From Octopus sinensis (lineage: Eukaryota): DNA of 64,000 bases. Every line of letters begins with the position of its first letter. The first letter of the stretch is position 1. The position numbers and the translations under genes were made by a program. Positions 11,778 to 25,639 of this stretch are shown here, one piece after another. Under the pieces are notes generated by a model. It saw nothing but the letters and a program-made list of their open reading frames with translations, searched no databases and had not been told where the DNA came from. The stretch covers positions 174,344,001 to 174,408,000 of the forward strand of contig NC_042999.1 of assembly GCF_006345805.1 (NCBI RefSeq), written 5' to 3'.

Positions 11778-12008
11778 TTCTTATGTTTTTATTGCCCACA
11801 AGGGATTAAACATAGAGGGGACAAACAAGGACAGACAAACGGATTAAGTCGATTACATCGACCCCAGTGCGTAACTGGTACTTAATTTATCGACCCCGAA
11901 AGGATGAAAGGCAAAGTCGACCTCGGCGGAATTTGAACTCACAACGTAACGCAGACGAAATACCGCAAAGCATTTCGCCCGGCGTGCTAACGTTTCTGCC
12001 AGCTCGCC
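11778..12008 (-). mobile_element. tRNA-derived SINE, second family (Meta-like core; tail shared with the L1/Tx1-like element)
   Basis: Minus strand reads ggcgagctggcagaaacgttagc...gagttcaaattcc...tttcatcctttcggggtcgataaattaagtaccagt...tttgtctgtccttgtttgtcccctct. Near-identical to 16792-17030. Confidence 0.85.
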
Positions 12009-12161
12009 TCTTTCTGCAATCGTTGGCGATTTTTTTCCTCCGTCTTCTCTTCCTTACATCTTTCCTTTTCCTATGTTAACGTTTCGAAACGTTAAATCCT
12101 CCTTCATTCTTTCCTTTCCTGAGCGTTGTTGTTTTCTCTGTGTTTTCATGTTTGGATTAAC

Positions 12162-12302
<141 letters not shown>

Positions 12303-13864
12303 CACACAATATAAACATATTTCTATATATCTCGCCCTTTCTATCACTCAAATCTTTAAGTATGTAAATATATGTGTGTATGACCTTTATTGAACTCCAT
12401 CCATTTTTTCCTCTGTCTACTCCTTGGGTGGGGAGCGTGGAATGTAAAGTTGTCAGGGACCGTTTTCCTTAAGTACCTAGCAGAAGCCTGGCTTCCCAAG
12501 CGTGACCAATTTCATTTTTGGTCTACCTGCTACGTCTTCTTGAGGTTGGTTCGCATTAAAGAATCCGTCTTGTGATCCTTTTCTGTGACATTCAAATTTT
12601 GTACATAATATCAAAGCAGAGACCTCTCAATGCAGAGAAGTAACGCCTCGGCCTGGAGAGACTCCTTGTCTTCCTAGTAACGTTACTCCATAGATCCTTC
12701 GAAGGATCCCTATTCGTCTACTTATATTCGCGATCGTACTCTTCGGGTCATTACTCAACATTTTTTACCATAGGTGAAGATAGGCACGAAACCTGAACTG
12801 AAAATAGCGATTTGGCTTCTTTTTCTGTTTTTTTACTAACCTCTCCTCTTCTGTTGAACTCTCAGACCAATATATTTTCCCGTATTTTATCTATTTATAT
12901 ATGTTAGAATCAATATATCTCCCTCCCTTTTTATATCCCTAATTTTGTGTTTTTATACCTACATCCTATTTGCTAATGTATTATCTCCATACTTTTACGG
13001 ATATGTGTGCGTTTGTGTGTGTGTGTGTGTGTGCGTGTGAGTGTATCTGTGTGCGTACATCTACCTGCCAACCTACTTGCCTTCCGTCATAGCTTACAGC
13101 CTACCAACCTATCAACCTATCTATTTATATTCTCAAAAGATAAACAGTATTATCTCGAAGCTGCAACTATAATTAAAGCTATAAAATTATTGCTGTCCCT
13201 GCTTTTGTAAACTGCGTGTCTTTACCCTTTATATTTTACAACCGGCCATCTTCAGGTGAGAAATCTTACACTATTCAAAAGCGACAGTGGCTCAGAGAAA
13301 ATTCATTGTCTGATAGATAGCCTTCTTCGTTTTCATGCTATCTTCTGTTCTTCTTCAACTTTTTGTCTTTCATTTTCTAAGTCCTCTTTATCACCTTACC
13401 TTTTCTCGATCATCTCCGTTCACATGGTGTTGTTGCTGTTGTTTGCATTGGTGTTAGTTTTGGAAGTGTTTTTGTTGTTGTTGGTGTTAGTGTTATTTGA
13501 GTTGATAGTGCTAGGATTTCTAGAAGTGTTGAGGGTGTTAGTGGTAATTATATTGATAGTATTGTTGGTAATAATGGTGGAGGTTGTTGTGGTGGTGGTA
13601 TTCGCGATGCTGGTAGTATTGGTGTTTTTCTTGCCTCTCTAATCGATTCATTCTACAAACACCATCGATTCCTTTGCAGTATGCCGTGTTTTCTTTACTT
13701 TCTTCTTTCAGTTTCTATTCAGACCGATCTTTCTAGAATCTCGTGACACATTCTCTTTCGCTTTGCTTTCTTTTTCTTTTCTTATCGTTTTTTTTTCTCT
13801 TACTTAATCAATAGAGGATAGTTCGCCTTTTGCTTGTTCTTGTTGGTTACAGTAAAATTGTAAA

Positions 13865-13990
13865 GAGGTGAAATTGGCAAAATCGTTATAGCGTTAGATA
13901 GAATGCCTTGCGGTATTCGTTCCGACTTATCTAGCTCTGATTTCAAATCCCTCTGAGATCAGCTTTGCCTTACATTCATCCTTTCGATCT
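13865..13990 (+). mobile_element. Degraded 5' fragment of the second SINE family
   Basis: ggtgaaattggcaaaatcgtta...ttcaaatccc...ctttgccttacattcatcctttcg. Confidence 0.55.
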
Positions 13991-14044
13991 TTCTCTTCAA
14001 ATTGTCTCTCCCTCTCTCTCTCCTCTCTCTCTCTCTCTCTCACA

Positions 14045-14083
<39 letters not shown>

Positions 14084-14276
14084 ACACACACACACATACA
14101 CGTTTTTTGTAAGTCAACAGCTCTTGTCTCACTGCGCCATATTTATTGGACTTGAGAATTAAGCTAAGGGTACACGTGCCCTGACATAATCAACCATTTA
14201 TACGTTAATTTCACGACTAGGAATTCTGTAGATCAAGCAAGCGCATCGTCGAGACCGACGTAGAATCTAGTATTAA

Positions 14277-14494
14277 CCCTTTAGCGTTCAAACCGGTCAT
14301 ATCTGACCAAATATTCTACTTGTTTCATATTCAAACTGACCAGATCCTACCTCTCACATCTACTCAACAATGTAATTCTAAAACTAAACAATCTCTTATC
14401 GAACTCTCAAAACCACAAGATAATATATGATTAATTCAAAACAGTGTGAATAAATAAACATTACATTTGACAGAATAACCTGAATGCTAAAGGG
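14277..14494. mobile_element. piggyBac-type MITE
   Basis: TTAA followed by CCCTTTAGCGTTCA...TGAATGCTAAAGGG terminal inverted repeats. The right TTAA is degenerate. Confidence 0.7.
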
Positions 14495-14857
14495 TCACAG
14501 TTGTTAGTGTTGCAATATATACCTGGTAACTGGTGTTACTGTTATAACTGGTGATGCCTAATCCCAGTCAGCCATGAACAAGCAAATCTACATTACGTAG
14601 TAGTCAGTCAAACGACTAGGAGCAATTAACAGAGTCAGTGTTCCTATTATACTATGCTTTCGTCTAATTGAAGACTACACTATGTATAATGGTTTATCAT
14701 ATGAGGGTGTACTGCTCTTACTTAAATATATTATACTCTCTACTAATCATTTTATACCAGTAATATTACGCTAATATCTCTGGTCGTTACCATTGGCTTC
14801 CTCTTGAACATGTTTTGTGAAGTCGTCCTGTAGACAGACGTGCTGTGCACAAACCCT

Positions 14858-14923
14858 ACCTGTGATTGAGCAGGCCTTCACCTGTGACTGAGCAGGCCTT
14901 CACCTGTGACTGGGCAGGCCTTC
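14858..14923. repeat. 22-bp minisatellite x3 (acctgtgactgagcaggccttc)
   Basis: Directly visible, one substitution in copies 1 and 3. Confidence 0.9.
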
Positions 14924-15204
14924 TATGATGAAAAGCATTTCAACTATGACCGTCTTGCCTGTTATTCAGAGTTTCTAAGACAATATCTTTGGTGTCTTGC
15001 GATGAAAAGCGTATGATCTGAGGGAGATTTTACGGCAATCATCTAAAGACTCTCTAGTCATTCAAACAATATAACTGTAAATTATGACGGTAGCCTTAAA
15101 AAGGCGTATGAAATGGCCTTGGTGAAATGGCCTTGGTGGTGATGGTGGTGGTGGTGCTGCTACTGTTAGTACTACTAATGCTGATACGGATGATAGTGTT
15201 CCTT

Positions 15205-15790
15205 AAGACAAAGAATTTTAATCACATGCCAAAAGATGTGACGAGGATAATGGCAAAAGAAAATATTGGGGAGCACATCGACATTAATGGGAATTCATGT
15301 TTAGTATCGGGTTATAAAAATGTATTCAGTACAATAAAAAACCGCATCGGATCAGAATGGTAGAAAGAAAATATCTAATAGCACTTCCTTAATCGGTAAG
15401 GAACTCACCAACACATTAAATGCATCTGGAACACCCTGTAGGGTTGACAAGCTTTCCAATTTCTGGTTGAAATTCAAACTGTTATGCTGTTCACGTATAA
15501 TGTGAACAGCATAAAACGACATTCTTTGATCCTGTTTTTCAGTTCTAAAAATAAAAAGGGAGAAGAGATAGAAGAACAATATCTCAGCTAAATTAGAAAC
15601 AGTTAACTGTTTCTAATTTATGACAGGTACTTTCAGTGATCTGGTTATCACTCCGGAATGGCTATTTAAATGGAAAGTAGCATTAATTCCCATAGATAAA
15701 AATTACTGAGATCTACCCACTGAAAATATCAGATACCTGCTAGTCAAAGACCTTACATTCATACTCTACAACAGAATGGTTACACACTGT
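15205..15790 (+). pseudogene. Degraded R4/Dong-type LINE fragment
   Basis: PEWLFKWK..LIP and FNHMPKDVT segments resemble the pre-RT region of the Dong copies elsewhere in the window. Many stops. Confidence 0.35.
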
Positions 15791-16791
15791 TGCGATGGAA
15801 TCCGAACACCCCTGTGAAAGGATAAATGAACGGTTCCGAAATGTATAAATACGCATGCGTGCTGGGGATATCAAAAGAGTATGCGCAATGAGCATTTTGG
15901 TTGCAGGCAGGTGAGTTTGCAGTTGATTTTTTTGTGTGCCATATTAGATAGTTTATTGATGTTAATGATGAATCTGCGTTGTTGTATTTGTTAGCTGGAA
16001 AAATTGCTATTAACGGACTTTGTTGAAAAATTGTTTAACTCCCCTACGAGGGAAGGATTTGAAATTTTGAACTATTGAACTGCAGGGAAAAATACTGTTT
16101 TTTGTGAACTTTTTTATTGTTGAAGAATCATTGTGTCCATGGAGGTCAATAATAACGGTGAGAAAAAACTATGCGGAAATCACCAATGTGGTATGCATGA
16201 ATGTAAACGTGCCCAGAATAGACTATCAGACATGTTTTGGCATGCTCACAGTGGATGGGGAAGATGTTCGCATCTCCCCACTGAGTGAAGTTACTAATCA
16301 AAGACGTAACAGAAAAAAGATTGCAATATTGGAGAAAGAAAAAATTGAAAAGTGCCTCGGACCACTTTGGAATGATATTACCTACGTAGCCCGAGTCAAA
16401 AGGTTTACCTCCATAGAGGTTCGCTTTAAGGACGCAGAAACGGCAAGACAACATTCAGTCACAACACTAAAAACTACAGAAGTGACATTGCTACTACCGT
16501 ATCTGGAACGTAGAACGTCCCGGATCAAAATCGATGAAGTGCTGTAGCAGAGAAAATATAATCAATATCTTGCCAATTACACTTTCTACCCGTCAAAATT
16601 GGCTGGAGTAAAACGTAGAAATTTTAATTCAGGCCACACCGGTGGACCTTGAAGAAATCCCCGATCGATTGGTAATTGGGGATGAAGCTATTTCGAAAAT
16701 ACAGGTCGAGGGAAGGAAGCCGCGCTGCTACAAGTGAGGCAAAAAAAGCCACATAGGAGCAAAGTGCGGCGCCTCAAAAACAAAGGATGAC

Positions 16792-17030
16792 AAGGATTAC
16801 AAGGCGGCAATCTGGCAGAAACGTTAGCGCCGGGCGAAATGCTTAGCGGTATTTCGTCTGCCGTTACGTTCTGAGCTCAAATTTCGCCATGGTCGACTTT
16901 GCCTTTCATCCTTTCGGGCTCGATAAATTAAGTACCAGTTTCGCACTGGGTTGATGCAACCGACTTAATCCCTTTGTCTGTCCTTGTTTGTCCCCTCTAT
17001 GTTTAGCCCTTTGTGGATAATACAGAAATA
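16792..17030 (+). mobile_element. SINE (second family) inserted into LINE ORF1 with a 16-bp TSD
   Basis: Direct repeat aaaaacaaaggatgac at 16776-16791 and 17031-17046. Head, core and tail as in 11778-12008. Confidence 0.88.
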
Positions 17031-17651
17031 AAAAACAAAGGATGACGATGAGCCCCACCACCCCCACCACCACCCCCTCGACTACAGAAAAAACTGAAAA
17101 ACCGAAGAAGCAGGAGGAAAAAAGAAACCAAAAAAGAAGCCAAAAACAAAAAAAAGAAGAAAGCAAAAAAACCCACCCCGACAGACGACATGGGGCCGCT
17201 ATAACGGAGGTGGAATTTCAAGAGGTGAAAAGGAAACCAAATAAAGACAGTGTGTGTCACTAACATCCTCCTAGCCCCATACACCCAAAAAAACCTCCCA
17301 CATCACCTACAAAATATCATTAACTCACCCCCTTACCCATAAAGCCGCCAAAGACACGACCACAATGGTCAAATATAACAAAAGGACATGTACCTAGATG
17401 GCATTATCACAAAACACCACCTATCCAAGGTATATGATGTAAGTGGGTATGCCAGTATAGATCGTACATTTTATAAACAACTGAAAGATAGAAAAGATGG
17501 GAATCTCCAAATTAAATGAGATACCGAAGCTCATAGATCCACAGCCCGAGACCGAAGAAGAAACAAAGAAAGGTATGGAAAGGAAACAAGTAGTGACGCT
17601 GAGGGTAATACCTTAGTAACTAACAAAAGTAAGTTTCTTTTTTCCCTTCGG

Positions 17652-18204
17652 ATGGCCGGTCTGAATGTCGGCTGCCTCAATGTACGTGGCCTGAGCTCGA
17701 AGTGGAAGCAGTCATGTTTTTACGATGACCTCAGGTCGCATAGAATGGATGTGATGGTGGCTACAGAGACCAAGCTGGATAACTCACGAACCTTCTCGGC
17801 ACTCTTGGGTGGCTATGAGAAAATAATACTTCCTAGCCAGACCGGAGGTCGTGGAGGGGTGGTAGTGTTGCTCAGTAAAAGCTTGGCTCTGCATTCTAGA
17901 ACAATCTTTATTGATCCAGAAGGTGAGTTGGTCGTTCTCGACTTGACATACAGCAGTACGAACCTTAGGTTGATAGGCATCTATGTGCCTTGTGCTACTG
18001 GTAAACAAAACGGTTTCTATCGACGCCTCGAGAACTTCCTATTGATGTCAAGGACATTAGTTGTATTAGATTACTTTAACGCTATTCTGGATGCATGCCT
18101 GGATAGCGTTGGCTCGGTATATAGGAAAGGAAGCCCACACCTTAGCGGTTTGCTTACGCGTTTTCAGCTGGCAGATCGGTACAGACTGGAGCACCCGAAC
18201 GTCC
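17652..18204 (+). pseudogene. LINE ORF2 N-terminal apurinic-like endonuclease (truncated)
   Basis: MAGLNVGCLNVRGL...MVATETK...GGVVVLL...LRLIGIYVP...VVLDYFNAILD. Confidence 0.85.
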
Positions 18205-19014
18205 CAGCTGACACTGCAGGAGTTCGATGAGAAAAAAGTGAAGAACTGGTATTGCAGGAGTCTTCTAGTGACAATTCAAGCCACACCAGCAGAACTGAAG
18301 GAAATTCCAGAATTTATAATTCTGCTGGATGAGACAAAACTGAGAGTCTCGATCCAGGGCAGAATCCTAAGATATTTCGAGTGCAGACTGAAGAGGCACA
18401 TAAAGAAAACGTGTTCCTAGACCCTTCGACCAGAAGTACAAGGAGAAAAAAACAGGATAAACAAATGGAACAGCAAAAGAAGCCTAATGAGAAAGCTCTA
18501 GCTGAGGAGGAAGAGAAACAGAAAGAGGCGGAGAAGACAGTGGAGAAGAAGAATTGCGCACCGGAGGAAGCTAGACCGTTCACATCTACCAAGGTAAGTG
18601 AGAAGGAATGGTCCATTGCAGGGAGGAAGAAGAAAAAAATAAGTTCTCGTTTTCTTCCTCCAACAAACACAAAAAGTCTAAAAACGAATGCACAAGAACA
18701 GATACGAACTCAGACAAAAGATATTACAAATGCATACAGCAAAAAGGGAAAAAATACCCCCAAAAAGAACACTGAATATACAACACAAGCATCACACGGC
18801 AAAGACAGAGACACAGAAATAAAATAACTGTTTAAAAACTCTTTCTAAAAATGTTCAAAGGCGTTATCTGGAGTGAGGGGTTCGAGTTAACGTCATTCCA
18901 CCTTTTCATTTACCATGCCATTCTTTTCATTCGATTTATTTTTCACCACTTTTGTATTTGTCTGTCCTTGTGTGTCCCCTCTACGTTGGGCCCTGTGTGG
19001 CCAATAGAGAAATA
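18205..19014 (+). mobile_element. 5'-truncated ORF1-only LINE derivative (HAL1-like) with intact 3' tail
   Basis: LLVTIQATPAELKEIPEFI...IQGRILRYFECRLKRHIKKTC is paralogous to the ORF1 at 16621. A Lys/Glu-rich C-terminus runs to 18827, then ~190 bp ending in the SINE-shared tail. Confidence 0.65.
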
Positions 19015-19899
19015 GCATGTCGTATACGCAGTCATGTATTATACAGAGAGTTGTAGAAGCTATTAAGAAGAGATATCGTTGGATTATGTGTTAGTGATTT
19101 GAACAGTTGGTGAATGAGTATACAATAAGTCAGCAACTACATTAAAGCATCATAACACACACCAAGAGAACAACGAAATGTAGAAAGTGTCAAACTGGGA
19201 AATAATGCAAGCCAAAGAAACGGTTTCTATGCACACAAGAGGAATCTTCAAGAGATAATCATTAACCTCTCTCCTCTTTGTCTCTGAGCAATCTATTATT
19301 CCATTAATAAATCCGTTTAATTCAATTAACTATGTTTGTAAATGTAGCAGACAAAACTATAAACTATCTCCACTTTATGAAATCATTTGCAGGGGATAAT
19401 ATTCATTGTAAAACCGTAGAAAATTGTTGATAAATTCAGCCAAGACTTAAAAATTACTTTGGTATTAGTCAAACTTTAAACTAGATGCAAGAACCAGCCA
19501 TGCAAATAGCTATGGTTCGATGAAACTAATATAATACAAAACGCAAATAAAGTAGAAAAATAGAAAGGAGCACTACAGAAGAGTGAGATTAATTAACATT
19601 AGTTAAAATAATTAAAGACTGGACTAAGTGCTAAATATAAGATAATAAGTAAAAACACAATAACTATCTCAGTTATAAATTACAAGTTGGGCATAATAAA
19701 CTGCAAACTAAATGAATTGAAGAACTTGAACCAAGAACTGTTCCGAATCCACCCACCAACTCAGAGCATATGCATATATATATATATATATTCTGTTGTG
19801 TCTGGGGAGAGTCATTTCCTTTTTGTGCCCCAGACACAACAGAATATGCTTCAAAACACGAATTCACATAAAGAATCTTGCAAACCAAATCCCAAAACG

Positions 19900-19952
<53 letters not shown>

Positions 19953-19957
<5 letters not shown>

Positions 19958-21463
19958 GCGGCCACAATATAAGGGTCAGTATGAACAAGTGTATTTAAAT
20001 AGTTATTATTGAAGATTAATATTTTACACATATTAGATATATCTAATATTTATCTTTCGTGAAAATTTCAAGTGAATGGAATGAATATTTCGTAAATTAT
20101 GAGGAAATAAGCAATTTTCCAAATTGCAGCGGCCAAAAGATAAGAATCACTTAGAAAAAATGAACAACTAACCAAGGTATTTGTTGTTTAGAAGACTGTT
20201 AACAGTTACTTCTTATGATCTTACAATATTGGAACATTCAACTGTCAACATGGCGGCTTGTGAGAGACGACAGGTGTCCTGTGGTGAAAAACAAAGTATT
20301 GTGTGCCTTCACCAAGAGGGCAAGTCAAATTCTGTAATAGCAACTACTGTAGGAAGTCTAGAAATGTTGTGCAACGAATTGTAGCTCATTTTAAGTCATC
20401 AGGATCAACAGATGCTAAACCCAAAACCGGTAGACTTCGTAAAACTTCACCAAGACAGGATCGTATTACGGTTAGAATGTCACTGAAGGATAGGTTTAAG
20501 AGTACTGCTGGGGTATCCCACGAGTTTAGCTCCACTTCCGATATCAACGTATCGCGCAAAACAGTTTCTCGAAGTTACGAGGTAGTGGGTTGCTTGCTCG
20601 GGCGCCGGCAAAGAAACCTCTGATCTCCAAGAAGAATCAAAGAGCCCGTCTTCGTTTCGTTCATGAACATGTCGGTTGGGCAGAAGAACAGTGGTCGCAG
20701 GTTCATTTTAACGATGAATCGAAGATTAATGTGATTTGGTCCCGATTGCGAGTGCAAGTCCGACAAAGTGGCGAAAGGTTATCTCGTTCATGTGAAATAT
20801 GGAGGAGGCAGTGTAATGGTATGGGGTGTGATCTCTGCTGCTTGTCCTGGTCCACTTATTCGCCTACAAGGAATTCGCAGATTCTTAGGCAGCATACCAT
20901 TCCACATCTCCGATCCTCGTCAGCTCAACCTCCTATCTTCGTGCAGGACAACACTCCCTGTCATACTGCGAAGAGAGTTACAGATTTTTTTTTTGAGAGA
21001 TGAAGGGATTGATCTCATGGAATGGCCACATCAAAGTCACGATCTCAACCCTATAGAAAACGTTTGGAAGATTATTGGAGATGGGGCGCGAAGGAGAAAT
21101 CCAAAAGAACCAAGATGAACTCTGAGAATTATTGAAAAACGAATGGAACAATATTACTCCATCATTTTGGAAGAAATTAATTCACTCTTGTGCTAACAGA
21201 TCTCAGGAGGTCATTGATAGTAAAGAGATCTTCACAAAATATTAATATTTCTTTTTTGTTCTTGTTCCATTTTTCATTGTTTTTCTAAGTGACCCTTAAC
21301 GTTTGGCCGTTGAAATTTGGAAGGTTATTTATTTATTTCTTCATAACGTACGAAATATTTATTCCATTCACTTGAAATTTTCACAAAAGATAGATATTAG
21401 ATATATCTAAGTATGTGTCTTAACGTTTTCTTTATCTTCTATAATAAATATTACGGCCGCTAA
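19953..21463 (+). mobile_element. Tc1-family DNA transposon, full length, disrupted transposase
   Basis: ~210-bp imperfect TIRs with inner and outer repeats (gcggcca..a.ataag..tca). Transposase ~20249-21245 with HTH, HFNDESKIN, FVQDNTPCH and WPHQSHDLNPIENVW. Inserted in (TA)n. Confidence 0.92.
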
Positions 21464-21464
21464 T

Positions 21465-21829
21465 ATATATATATATATATATACGGCAAAATGTCTGTGC
21501 GTGTGTCCTATATACAAATCCACAATTTTTCAGTTAGAGAGCTCGCACTTTCTATGGTCATTTAAAACCGTCCAAGGGTGGTCGTGCACATCATTACATT
21601 TCCCCAGTCACCCGCAAAGCCATTAAAAAATCAATAGAAGTGACTTTTTGTGAATTTTCTATCCAAAACCCAATCAAAATGCCCGAAACTTGATACCCCA
21701 ATTGAATGCCAGCTAGCTGTATGTGATTGGTCGGAGATTTAGACAGTACTCGCGTGTATGTGTGCACGCACGCAGCTGTATATGCATGCAATAGCACTAT
21801 GGCCCGGCATAGCCGGGTCATAGTGCTAG
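21465..21829 (+). mobile_element. Non-autonomous Helitron
   Basis: Subterminal GC hairpin cccggc-ata-gccggg followed by CTAG|T at 21826-21830. 5' end tatatatacggcaaaatgtctgtg merges with (TA)n. Confidence 0.75.
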
Positions 21830-21899
21830 TATATATATATATGTATATATAATATTATATTATTTATATATAGATACACTTACATACATACATATATGA

Positions 21900-22190
21900 T
21901 GGCTTCTTCCGGCAAAGACGACGTATGAGCGTTCAGCTTTTGCCGAACGACCTACACAAATGATTTGTTTATAGTAATCAAATGTTCATGCTGCAGTTTA
22001 GCTCACTCTCCATCAAATTGACGTTGTCTGAACAAGTGCAGTTTCCCACGCGTCAGGTGTCGAAGTGATCGCGGAGCAACGTAAGATTAAGTGTCTTGCT
22101 CAAGAACACAACGCACCACCCGGTCTAGGAATTGAAATCACGATCGCTAGAGTGTGAGTGCAATACTCTAACCACTAAGCCATGCGCCCT
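21900..22190 (-). mobile_element. tRNA-derived CORE-type SINE
   Basis: Minus strand reads gcatggcttagtggttagag...tttcaattcc...gttgtgttcttgagcaagacactt. 3' module differs from the other copies. Confidence 0.75.
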
Positions 22191-22203
22191 CATACACACA
22201 CAC

Positions 22204-22670
<467 letters not shown>

Positions 22671-22739
22671 TATATATTATATATATATATATATATTATA
22701 TATATATATATATATCCCGGACATAACAAAGACAGTGAC

Positions 22740-23620
22740 TGATGCAAATGGAAAACTACTACAAAATGCTGACAGTGAGATTAGAAAAAATATGTTAAAA
22801 GAAGAAAATAAAATAAAAACAAAATACAAACTGTAAATTAAATTCACTGAAGGAAAAGATTTTGATAAGTTCTAATACAAATCTTTAAAAGGAAATCAAA
22901 ATGTTCCAAAATTTACTGACAACTGGGCAGAAAATAACTTCATGATCAATGCCGCGCAAGATTACTACAGAGGAAAAGTAAATCTGAGTGAACAGCAACA
23001 ATGGTTCAAATGTTTCGGGTTAAAAACAGAAACAGAACGTCTGTTTTATCTGCACGAGACCAATACCTAACCAGGAACCATTGCAAAAATAAAATAGTAA
23101 AAGAAAATGCTAACATCAATGAGAAGAGTGATCATATTATTTCAAGCTGTGTATATCCACAGATATACCCGAGTCAGCAGTTATATTCATCGGACAACAT
23201 ACCGTTTGACTCGAATACAAATAAAAAGTGTACAAAATACGACACATAAAATTGATCTGGGACGTGCTTGTACAGACTGACAAAGATATCAGGACAAACC
23301 GTCCGGATATAATTATCAAGAAATGAAATTAAGATGGTTGTACTCTGATGATTCGATTCTTTTAATCCTAAATATTAACCTGGAGGGAGATGGGATGAAA
23401 CTGCTTAAGGATTTTAAACTCAAAATAAGCAGGATGTGAGGCATAAAATCTGAAATAGTACAAAAATTAGTTGGAAAAATTAGTTCGATAAAAAAATCTA
23501 TATTAACAAAGACATACAAGAAACTTCAGGGCCCGCAATGTTACATCCAGTTCAAAAGATCATCCTGCTTGGCCCGGACCACATCCTATAAGAGACACTT
23601 TCAGCTCACCAGGATAACTT
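22740..23620 (+). pseudogene. Degraded R4/Dong LINE 3' region (CCHC and RLE endonuclease)
   Basis: Remnants of AAQD, DHIISSC, TDKDIRTNRPDIII and LLGPDHIL in shifting frames. Confidence 0.65.
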
Positions 23621-25365
23621 AATCAGTATGCCAATTGCATATAGAACATACTCTAAACAACAATCACCCCTATAAGTTAATGCAACACATACTCTACGGA
23701 ATTACCACCGAATAACGTAACACAAAATATACTTTATATAATCACCAATCTTAACATTTACGAGTATAATCGATCCACAACATTATAACACTAACAACTC
23801 AGGTAACTGATATTCTTCACAGTTGCCTTACGGCATATACTCTTCAGATTCACTGCCCAACACTAAAATAAATAACACTAATCACACAGCAACAACGGAA
23901 CCCAAATAATAACCCAACAAAAACAACTCACATTGCATGAATTCTACGTAACACAAGAAACACTATAACAACATCAAAAACAACGAAACGAATTCCACTA
24001 CAAAGCAAAAGTGATATATTATGCAAGCAGAATTATACTTCCTCATAAGACAATGATGCACAGATCTCAGAAACACGAAGTCGCACCTTGTAATGCAGCA
24101 GAAACTCGCATGAGACAATTCGAAAGATGATGATAACAACGACGACAACGATGACGATGGTGTTGGTAAAGATGATGATCATAATTATGCTTATGATGAT
24201 GATTATGCTCATGATGATGACGATGATGCAGTCGTGGATATAAATATAAACATTTATCTAGGAATGTAACAAGACATTTTCCAATGAAAATTTCCAATTT
24301 TAGTTGCAAGTTATTAAAGTTTATTCAAAATATGTACCACAATAACATTTATGACAAACTTTCATTGCGTTTGGAAAGCTATACCGGAACTTTCGATATA
24401 AAATCTGACTAAATTACTTGGAATACGTTTAGAAATTGCGTCAATTTCAAGAAAAGAAAGCTGTCAGCAAATGTACATTACTTTCCAGAGCAATATTTAC
24501 AAATTCAACCACTATTAATCATTCGAAAAGAATAGAATGAGACAAAATTCAATAAACTGGTTTCCTGAATGAATTTCTCACTGATATCGTGTAAAGTTTA
24601 ACGAAAGAATTATTTTCTGTCTCCCTCACCAACGTTTCTTTTTTTTATTTTTTAAATGTGTCTTGAAAGATTTTTATCAAAATTCCTTCAAATCAACAGG
24701 GCAAGTTCTTCTATTCCGTTCAATTTCTTAAAGATAAAGGTTATTGATATTGCTGACGAATTCAATCATTCAGCGTGTAATTTTTAGCGATCTAGTCTTA
24801 TTGCTTAGAGATGTAAAAATATAGAGCATATACAACTGCATCACATTGCTACATTGCTACCTGGGGATATCGTTATATCATCATTCATTTATATGTTTCT
24901 TTGTGAACATGTATTGTATTCATGTATTTATGAATGTCACAATGCAATATATGTGTGTGTGTGTGTGTGTACAAGTATAGATGTGTGTGACTATACATTA
25001 TATGTGTGCGTTTGTGTAAACATGTCTATGTATGTGTGGACATAGAACGCAACCCCTATTGTCACCAGTACTACAACAATTACCAGTAACACTAACATTA
25101 CTGCCAGCAATACTAATATTTCTACTACTACTACAGCTACTACTACTACCACCACCACCACAACTACTACTATTGTCATAACCACTCATGTCACTACCTG
25201 GTCGCTACAGTAACACAAATATCAATAAAAGATACAAAAATGGACTTATAAGTTGCGCCTACTCAATAATCTACAAACAGGCAAATAGTTAGAGCGATTG
25301 AGCATCAATGACTGAATCTTGAGTTCATATGAAGACGCTGATAGCACCTGCATAAATATTTCGCT

Positions 25366-25426
<61 letters not shown>

Positions 25427-25639
25427 TTTCAGATATGTACAACTTTATTGTGTGCCATATAACGCTATTGTTCTTGCAGTGAGGCAAATGTGGATTGTTT
25501 AGTGGCGATGATTAATTTCTCATTGCCCTCATAGGACAAAGATTTGTGAGCAACCACATACATGGTGTGCAGAAAATATTTTTACTTTTGAGATGATAAT
25601 TCATTTTTATCTATAGTTTATGAAAGGTACATAATAAAA

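Larger units (their letters stand above)
15895..18204 (+). mobile_element. L1/Tx1-like LINE, 5' part: disrupted ORF1 with zinc knuckle and ORF2 APE endonuclease; 3'-truncated
   Basis: 16621-16770 translates to ILIQATPVDLEEIPDRL...VEGRKPRCYK*GKKSHIGAKC (CX2CX4HX4C). ORF 17652-18230 carries APE motifs LNVRGL, VATETK, IGIYVP and LDYFN. Confidence 0.8.

Noticed and set aside
13256-13642. 128-aa hydrophobic ORF resembling a membrane protein
   Set aside because: Derived from a degenerate (GTT/GGT)n tract, with no family motif.
14858-14923. CRISPR-like short repeats
   Set aside because: The repeats are contiguous with no spacers, the context is eukaryotic and there are no cas genes.
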